In this document: piece after piece, positions 6,557 to 15,500 of the stretch | How the letters are laid out: each line of letters opens with the position of its first letter | How positions within the stretch are numbered: position 1 is the stretch's first letter | Source: a virus | Taxonomy: Duplodnaviria; Caudoviricetes | Direction: 5' to 3' (one strand) | Virus record (IMG/VR): IMGVR_UViG_3300033067_001294 | Coordinates: 1 to 39,789 of that record | Length of the DNA stretch: 39,789 nucleotides | Notes under the pieces: generated by a model | Databases searched by the model: none | What the model saw: the letters and a program-made list of their open reading frames with translations, nothing else | What the model was told of the DNA's origin: nothing | Program-made: the position numbers and the translations under genes

Positions 6557-9500
6557 TTACTTTGCCTTCTTTGGGTTGAGTTTCGCGCGGATCGCCGCGA
6601 GCTTCTTCCGCTTCTCGGCCTGGAGCACCTGAAGCGCGGTCTTCGGTTTCGGTTCCCGCTTTTCCTTCTCCGCTTTCGCGCCCAGAATCCGCTTCACACG
6701 GGCCAGCTTCGCAGCATCCACTTCCGTGTTTCGGTAGATTCCCAGTTGGCGCAACACTTCGGTGACGGCATCGGTAGGCGTCTTGTCTCTGCCGACAGTG
6801 CCCCGGTAAAGGTTCGCGGCACCCTTGCCCGCTTTCGTCAGCGCAAGCCCACCGGGAACGGTAGTCGAAATCACGCCGACAGCGGCTTTTTTCAGGTCTT
6901 CGTATCCCATCTTCCCGCCAGTGCCAAGAACCTGCTTGATTGCGTCATACGCCAAACCGGACAGGTCTTCAACCTGGCGCACGGCAATGCTGCCGGGAGA
7001 ATCGTTGTTCGCCGAATCGACCGCGCGAGTGCTGACGAAATCAGCAGCATCGGCGACCTTTCCGGGGCCTGCCGCCCACTTCACGAGTTGAGCGACCCGA
7101 TTCACCAGGCCACCGGCAAGAACCGGCAACGGGCCGAAATACGGGTTATTGAACGGGTTGAGCTTGCGCTCCAGGTCATACCCAAGCATCCTGCCGATCA
7201 TGTAAACGGCAACCAGGGGGATGCCCGACGCTGCCGCCCACTTCGCAACGGTCACAATCCCGTCTTTGCCCGGTCGCATTTTGTCGAGGCCCTTGTAGAG
7301 CTTCAAAATCTTCTCGAGCATGTAGATGTTGAAGTTGCTCAAGAACGCCAGCGGGCTCAGGATGGTCTTGCTGAGGTAGTTTCGGTTCCAGTCACGCAGG
7401 TCGAACTGCGATGAGTTGATTGAATCCACACCGGCCTGTTTCTTCTGCTCTGGTGTGGCGTTCGAGTCTCGAGAGAGCAGTTCCGCAACACCGGCATGGT
7501 AGGCAATCAGACGGTTGAGGACTTCGCTACCTTTCATCGGGTTCCGCACCACGTATTCCCAGAGTGATGCGCCCTTTGCCTTCTTCTCGATGTAAGCCGC
7601 GAAAAAGTCATCATCTCGAATCGCACCGTTACGGAAAGGTTCATCCCATCCCTCAAGGTGAAGGAACGTCGTCGTCAGTGCCTTCGCCGTGTTCAACAGG
7701 CCGGTATCGCCAGCGGTGATACCAGACTGGCTCAGGTTCGTGAGGCCAGAGCCCCAGTTAAACAGGAACAGAGCTTTCGCCCAGAGTCCCGTCAGAGCGT
7801 CGGTCGTCTCTCGAACGGCCCGCCCGCTGTGAGCAGCACCGATACCAAGTTTCGCGTTGAGCTTCCCGAACGTGCGAATCAGGAAGTGCGGGAGAGCGGA
7901 TTCAAACATATCGGCCCCGCCCAGGTCGAGCATGATCGAGTTGTGAATCAGGTCACGCCGCCATCGCTCCATCTTCTCAGCACCAGCCAGGGCCTTGCCG
8001 TATTGCATCATCATGGCCCTGGCTCGCAACGCTTCGATTTCAACCTGGAGGTATTCAGCAGACTCCCGCGAACGGGGGTCAGGGTTCCGTTCAAGGTCGG
8101 CAAGTTCCGCTTTCTTCGCGCGAATCTGATCTTCCATCGCTTGTCGGGCCATGAACTGACTGATCGGCCCGAAGAAAATGCGCTTCGAGGCCCCGCGCAC
8201 ATACGCGCGTGCCACTTTCGGAACGTCGGTCGAGTATTCCCGGGTGGCCTTCTCGTTGCGCTTGATCTCTGAACGGAACCACGAGGATCCGCGCATCTTC
8301 TTCTGATACGCCGGGTCTTTCGCGCGTTCGGCCCAAATCGCTTCGAGTGCTTCCGGGTCTGGTTCTGCGGCAACGTCTGCGATTGAGTAGTGAGGCCAGT
8401 AGTTTGCCACCTTGCCAATCTTCGCACCGGATGAGCGCAACGTGTCGTGAATGGTGGCGAACATCGCCTTGAGCTTGCGAGCGGCTTCCGTAACATGCTG
8501 AGGAGCGGATTGAACTCTGCCCTCCAGCATGTCTACCACGAGTTCATAATCGTCGGGGCTGAGTGACGATTCGATCTCTTGCAGCGTCTTCTCCCATTTG
8601 TCGTTGAACTCGCGCCGATCTCCGTAAATCTTTTCGATCTGATTGGCAACGTCGGGATAGTCGCGGAGCAGGAAATCAGTGTGCTGCACGCTCGAAGTCG
8701 CCCAGTCAACGATGTTGAAAAGAGCCTGCGTCAGACCTGCGGGAACGTCGCCGGGATTCACGGCCATGCCACGACGACCAGACCGCACGGCCAGAACATC
8801 ACCCCACATCGCTGCCAGTTTCCCCTTGAGCTTGTCGCCATACTTCCGTGCAGCTTCTCGGGCAAATTTCAGGAAGTCGCCGGTAAAGTCTTTCGCCCAG
8901 TTCCAGGCATCGCGGAGGCCCTGAGCCGCCCACTTTGCAGAGACGTAGAGAGTGTCGGCTCCATAGTTAAAGCCTCGCCCGCGTCTGCCAAGTCCTGACG
9001 AGGTTGATTCTCCGTCGTCAGACGATTCTTCGTCAGAATCGGTATCGTCGTCAGATGCAGTCTCAACCACTACTTCAGCCTCGGCGTTTTTCTTCGCTAT
9101 CTTGTCAGACAAGGCCGTGAACTCTGCAACAATAGCGTCGAACTCTTCTTGCTTCTTGAAAGGCTTGGCTGAATCTTCTTCAGCCGCGACCAGTTGCTTT
9201 TCAAGTTCTTCTTTCTTGGCTACTGCTTCGCGAATTTTGGTTGCAAGCCCGCGCGGGGAAACCTGGTAGTAGATCTTTTCCAGAATGTTCCCGTCTGTTG
9301 GTGTCGGCGCATAGTTAAAGACGTTACTCCCGTTACGCTTCCAATCCGCCGAAGTTCCGCGAACAAAAAACTCAAAAGGCCCAAAGGAAATGGTCAAATT
9401 GTATTCTGCGGCAGGGTCTTTGCTGCCAGCTTTGAGCCGTTCGGCAAGAGCAAGATTCTTTTCTTCGAGCGTTTTGGCAGCTTTCAGCTTTTTCTTGAGG

Positions 9501-12500
9501 TCGGGGTCAAGGGTTTCGATCTTGAAGTCAGCATATTCTTTGCCGGGCGTGTAATTCTCGGCCTGAGCATCCTGCAACCTCTTGATGTCATTACTACCGA
9601 AGCGAATACCAGCCTCAAGCGACTGTATCTTGCGTCTGGTGTTCCGCATGAAGGAATCATGCTCCTGTTCCTCTGCGCTCAGAATCATCATCTTGTCTTG
9701 AAGTTCAACAAGGCGTTTCTGATCCGGGTCTTGAACGGTTTCGTCGGCCCACTTCTTGAACATGGACTGCTGATCTTCTGAAACGTCGTCGATTTCTCTG
9801 ACGTTCGGATCGCCCAGGAGAACACGGTCATTCATAATCTGCTTGCGAGCAAGGGTATCCCACATCCAGGCGTCGAAAGAATCGGCGACGGAGTAGTTGT
9901 AGATCATTCCCTTGAACCCGAGAGAGTTGATGAGATTGCCGGGTCGGAGCAAACGCCCGTCTCCTTGTTCCAGGTCAGACGGTCGCCAGGGAGGAACAAG
10001 CCGGTGAATCGCAACCAGACGCTTTTGAATGTTCGTCCCGGCCCCCATCTTTTCCGTGGTTCCAAGAAGGAAACGAATGTCGCCGCTGTTCACCTTGTCG
10101 AAAAGGGCCTGTTTGTCGCTCTTGCTTGGGTAATCGTGAATGAAGGCTATTTCACCAGCAGGCACGCCGCCAGCGATGAGTTTATCTTTCACTTCCTGGT
10201 AAGAGTCGAACTGACTCCGAGGCTGAACGATTGATACGTTGCCAGAAGAGTCTTTCACCTTCTTTGCAGACTTCTTCCCCGGTGATTGTCGGTCGAGGAA
10301 AATAACCTGAACCAGCTTTGCCGGGGTTGTCCGGTGGTAGATGTCCAGAGCTCTCGTCACAACCGCAGGCAGTTTGCCGCCAGGATCAGCGGGATTCGAG
10401 TCATTCAGCAGGCGAAGATCAAGAGTCCCGAGACTTGCATCGGTTCCCAGGGCAAGCATGTTGTCTTGTCCTTTTTGGGGCGGGCCCTTCTGCTTTCTGA
10501 TCGACTCCGAACGCCGCAAAACCTCTGCCGCAAACGTCTTTTGAGCTTCGGATTGAGGAAGCAAGACAAGTTGCGGTTCACCACCCTCGATCTCGGGTCG
10601 AGGAAGCTGAATGTCTTTTTGTGTCTTGATGTCCCAGGTTCCCTTGAAAGCACGAACCAATTCGGGCACGTTCTGAAATTTCAGGCGGGTCTTGGCTCGA
10701 TACGTCCCGGCAATCTCACGTTCGAGATTCGTTTCAGGAACGGCAAACGTCGCTGCCCACCCGTCGAACGTGCTGATACCATAGTGGTCGAGAATTTCAG
10801 GAGAGAGATACCGCATCATCGCGTAAATCTCTGAAATGCTGTTGCTGATCGGAGTTCCAGTGAGGAAAGACGCCACTCCAGAATTGCCAGAAAGCGACCG
10901 TAACCAGTTGATTTTCATGAACAGGTCAGCGGCTTGTCCTGAGCCTTCGGGGTTCCCCAATCCGCGCACGTTGTTCATTCTCGTGGAATAGAACAGATTC
11001 TTGAAGTGATGCGCTTCGTCCACAACAAGGTAGTCGATACCGGTTTCCTCGAAGGTCGTGCCTGGGTCGCGGGCTTGCGCAAGAAGCCCTTTCATTTTCT
11101 CGTTGAGCTTTTCGATCTGTTTCTCGAGTTGCTTGACTGTTCGGGATTTCTTGCCTCTTCCGCCTGGGTTTTCTTCGGCTTCACTGGCGTGAATTGCCGT
11201 CGTGATCTGTTCTATCTGCCAGTCGATGAACTTGGCTTGCGTTTCCTGCTTCACGTTGATTCGCTTGAACTGCGATTCGGGCAGAATGACAACATCCCAA
11301 TCCCCGGTGGCGATTCTGCTGACGAGATTGCGGCGATTGGTCGCCTTGAAATCATCTTCGCCAGGACTCAATACCTTTGCGGTCGGGTAAAGCCGCAAGA
11401 AATCCATCGCCCACTGTTGGGTAAGGTGGTTCGGGACGACCACGCAGGGCTTTCGCTTCAACCCAAGTCGGCGCAGTTCCATGACTCCAGCGATTGCGGT
11501 ATAGGTCTTGCCCGCGCCGACAACGTGACCGATGCCGACGTTGCCACCGAACAGCATACGCCAAACGCCGTCACGCTGGTTTTTGCGAACGTCGCCACCG
11601 TTGAATACGGTTCTGTCCATGTTGGGGAACATCAGCCCGGAACCGTCGTATTCCCTGAGAACATAGCCGTTGTAAATGTCGTTGTAGACTTTGGCTAACT
11701 CTTTCTTCGTTTCGGGATTGGCTTCAAGGTGATCGCGGAAAGCCTGCCTCAACGCCCGTTGCTTCTGAATGGCGACGGCTGTTGCTTTCGCGGAAGCCTC
11801 TTTGTCTTTGGAGATGCCTGTCGGAGTCTGAACCAGAATAGCAATGTCGGGAGTCTTGAGAGACAGGGTATCTTTCAGCAAATCATCCCAACCGTAGTTG
11901 GTATTGGCAACGCCCCATTCCGCGCCTTTGTCGGCGGTAATTCCATCCAGGCCAACAATCCACCCGCCCAATTCCTTCGAGTAGGTGAGGGTGAAGCCTG
12001 ATTGCTTGCCTCTCATTCCGAAATGAGGCACGAAGAAGTTCCGGTAAGTCTCCGGTGGGATCCAGGGTGCCCCGAGGTCGATCTTGATTTGATCGGCAGG
12101 AACGTCTTTCGGTAGAACCTTTTCCAGTTCAGACACGTTCTTCGCATACTTGGGGTCGATCTCTGCTGCCGCTTTTGCTGCCGCAAGCTTGATCTTCACT
12201 TCACCGGAAAGGTATTCCTCCCGCTGAATAACTGCTCCAGTCGAAGGGTCAGAGAAGGCGAGCCCGTTGTCGAGCATTTCTTGTTGGGTCTGCTCTTCTG
12301 ACTTCCCCAACAGTTTTGCCATGTATCCAATGTCGAGCCGGCCTTTTTGGGTCAGAGAAACAATGATTGCGTCGGCGGGATTCTGAACGCTCTCGATTTC
12401 GGGAACGGCCCTGATGGTTCGCTTCTCGAAGATTTCGGCAAGGCCGACCACCACGTTCTTATAGACCGGGACGGAGTTTCCCTTTACCTTCTTTTCCCCG

Positions 12501-15500
12501 ACGAGCTTCTGTTCCACTTTCTCCAGGGCCAGAACACGACCAGAAAGCGGGTCACTTTCCAGAACTCGCTTGTTCGCCGGGTCATTCGCTCGCCCGTGGG
12601 CTTTGTAGAACTTGTCGTATTCCTGTTTCAGCTTCTTCTGAAGAGTCTTGATGTCCTCTTCTGAAGTCTTGGGGTCTGCCATCTTCGCAAGTATTTCTGA
12701 TGTTGCGGCTTGCAAAGGAACATAGGCGCGAACCAGTTTCTTTTCCTTTTCGCTCAGGTGTTCAGGCTCAGTCAAAACGCCCTTCACGTTCTGAACAACC
12801 TTGCCGTCCTTCACCGCATAGGAGTGCAACGGAATCTCGGCAATAACCGGCTCGTTCGCGGTTTCGTTCTTGCCGCTGATGTCTTCCTCGATCTTGATTG
12901 CCGAAAGAATCTTGCTCGTTTCTTCGGAAAGGTCTAATCCTTCAATCGGTGCCATTGAAGGCTCGTCGCTGCCATACATAGAACCCTGGAGGTCGAGAGT
13001 TCCAAGCAGGTTTTTGGGATTCTCGGAGTAATATCGATTCACCCGAACCTTCGCGCCGTTCGCGCCGTCCATTTCAACCAGGTCTGAAGGGATGCCCTTC
13101 ACCGGAAGATCAACGGCAGTTCGCTTCCGAAGGATCAGAAGATCAGTCACGACCTCGGTGTTTGCAATATCCTTGAAAGCGTTGCGGGGATACCGGATTG
13201 CTGCAAGGAGGTCGAACCCTGGGCGGGATGTTCCGTCTGAATTCCGATAATCGTTGCTGATGATTTCTCTGACACGTTTCCCCTGCTTGTCCATCGTTCC
13301 CTTCGAGGTGATGAACGCGACGATACCACCGGGACGCACGAGGTCGAGCGACCGGGCAAAATAGTAATCATGGAGGAGAAACTTGTCGTATGGCTTTCCC
13401 TTGTGGGAAATGGCAACGTCGGCAAAAGGAACGTTCGACACGATCAGGTCGAAGAAGTTATCAGGCAACGCCACTTCCTGAAACGGCTTGTTGATGATCT
13501 TCGCACGCTGAAAGAGGTGCTTCGACAGTTCCGCCGACGTGGTATCCATATCGATGCCGGTAACGCCAGACCGAGAACGAATCCCCGGAGGCATGTTCGA
13601 CACGAACAAACCGGAACCGATAGCCGGCTCAAGAACCCGACCACCGTTGAAGCCCATCGCGGCCAGACCGCTCCATATTGCGCGAACAAGCGCGGGTGCG
13701 GTGAAGTGAGCATTGATGGTGCTCGCTCTCGCGGCTTCATACTGCTCCTGGGTCATGGTCGCAAGCAGTTCTTTCCTGCGTTCTTTCCAGTCCAGGTCAG
13801 TCTGCGTCGGCCTGTTCCATGAACCGAAACCATACTCCCATGCTTTTTCAAACGCTTCTTCGGGAGTCTTGTTGTATTCCTCTATGTATCGATAGTAGAT
13901 GTCAGAGGAATGACCTTTAACAAAGGCTTGTGGCAACGGCCCCCACCCGGAATACAACGCGAGAACCCTTTGTTCCTCTGCCGTTGCCAACCGGTTCTCT
14001 TCGGCCAGAGTCTTGAGAAGGCGAATAGCCGAAAGATTGTTCTGAAAGCGTTCTTTGGGAGAAATCTTGCCTTCAAGGGCAGAATCGTTCGGATCGTGAA
14101 CGAAGTCGAGCTTCCTGGGGTCTTTCGGGGTGCTTGAAACTTCCCCGCTTACTCCTGTTGGCCCGTCGTTTTCTCCGCTTGGCTGTAAAGCCACGTCTCC
14201 AGGCTTTCTTTCCTTGCTTCGTCGAACGACATCCCTCGGCTTTGCAGTTCCTCTATTGTGTCGCTCAGGTTTTCCCCGATCTGATACGCCACCTTCTTCA
14301 GCGTTCCCGCTTTCTGAAGTTCCTTGTGCAGACTCGGGGCGTGATCCTCCAGAAAGCTCAGGACTTGCGGAGCCCATGCGTTCGGCTTCGGTTGGCGCGA
14401 CCCCATCTTGCTCAGGACTTGGGCTATTTTGTCGTTCATCAGATTTTTCCTCTGGAGTAGAAATTACATCGGAAGTAGCAGAAACACCATCGGTATTTTT
14501 CTCGTCGGCAATCTTCTGGGCTTCATCTTGGGTGTAGCCAAGCTGAACGCCAGCGCGAGTCGGAGTTACCGGCACGGCAAGGGTTTCAACGATGCCGTCT
14601 CGCTTAACCTTGACCGCATAGCGTCCCTTCCTGCCCTTGATTTCTTCGATGTAATGAACTCCGTCTTGCGCTTTGCGGTTTTCGTTGTTGGCAATCTGTT
14701 GTGCCAGTTGCTTGTGGAGCCCTTCATTGACGGCCCCTGGCCCGCTCACTGGAGGCGGGAGCGCAACAGGTTTCCCGTTGCGAATCACCATGACTTCGTA
14801 TCGTCCCGGCTTGCCCTTTATCTCTTCAATGTAGTGAAGTCCTTCGGGTTGGCTCGATGTCGCCGGTTTACTTCCAAGTTTCTCGATAACCTTCTGCACA
14901 GGCGCAGATGGTGCCTTACTCTCGTCTGTTACCGGAATCTTCGTCTCTTTACCAGTCTCAAGGCTCTTGACAACAATGTCGCCGAGAGGTGGCTTTGCAT
15001 CTTCTTTCTTGGGGCTGATCTTCACTTCCGGGGCTTGCGCCGTGCCACCCGATACCGTCATTGTGCCAGGCCGTTTTTCGGTCGGCACGATGGTAACGCC
15101 GCCAGACGGATTCAGTTCCTCGATGACGGCCTGCACCTTCGGCGATACCTTCACCTCGGGGGCTTGTTTCGCCTCGCTGGTGACGCTGACAGGGCTTTCG
15201 GTGGCGTCTGGAATCGTAACGACCCGCTTGTTCGACTGGTCTTGCGGGCTCACCATGCCAAGACGCTCAAACTCGTCAAGCAGGTTTGAGGCTTGATTGA
15301 AGCTGATGTTCAGGGCCTTCTGAATGGCTGGAGTTGATACTTGCTTCTGAGTCTTGAGGAAATCGACGGCCCTTTCACCGAGAGATTTTTCCGCAGGCGC
15401 AGGGGCGTCGTAAGGGAGATTGATGGCCGAAGGCGTGTTGCTCAATATGCCGATCTCTTTGAGAGATTCGACGGTGTTTTCAACTTCTCTCACCGTCACA

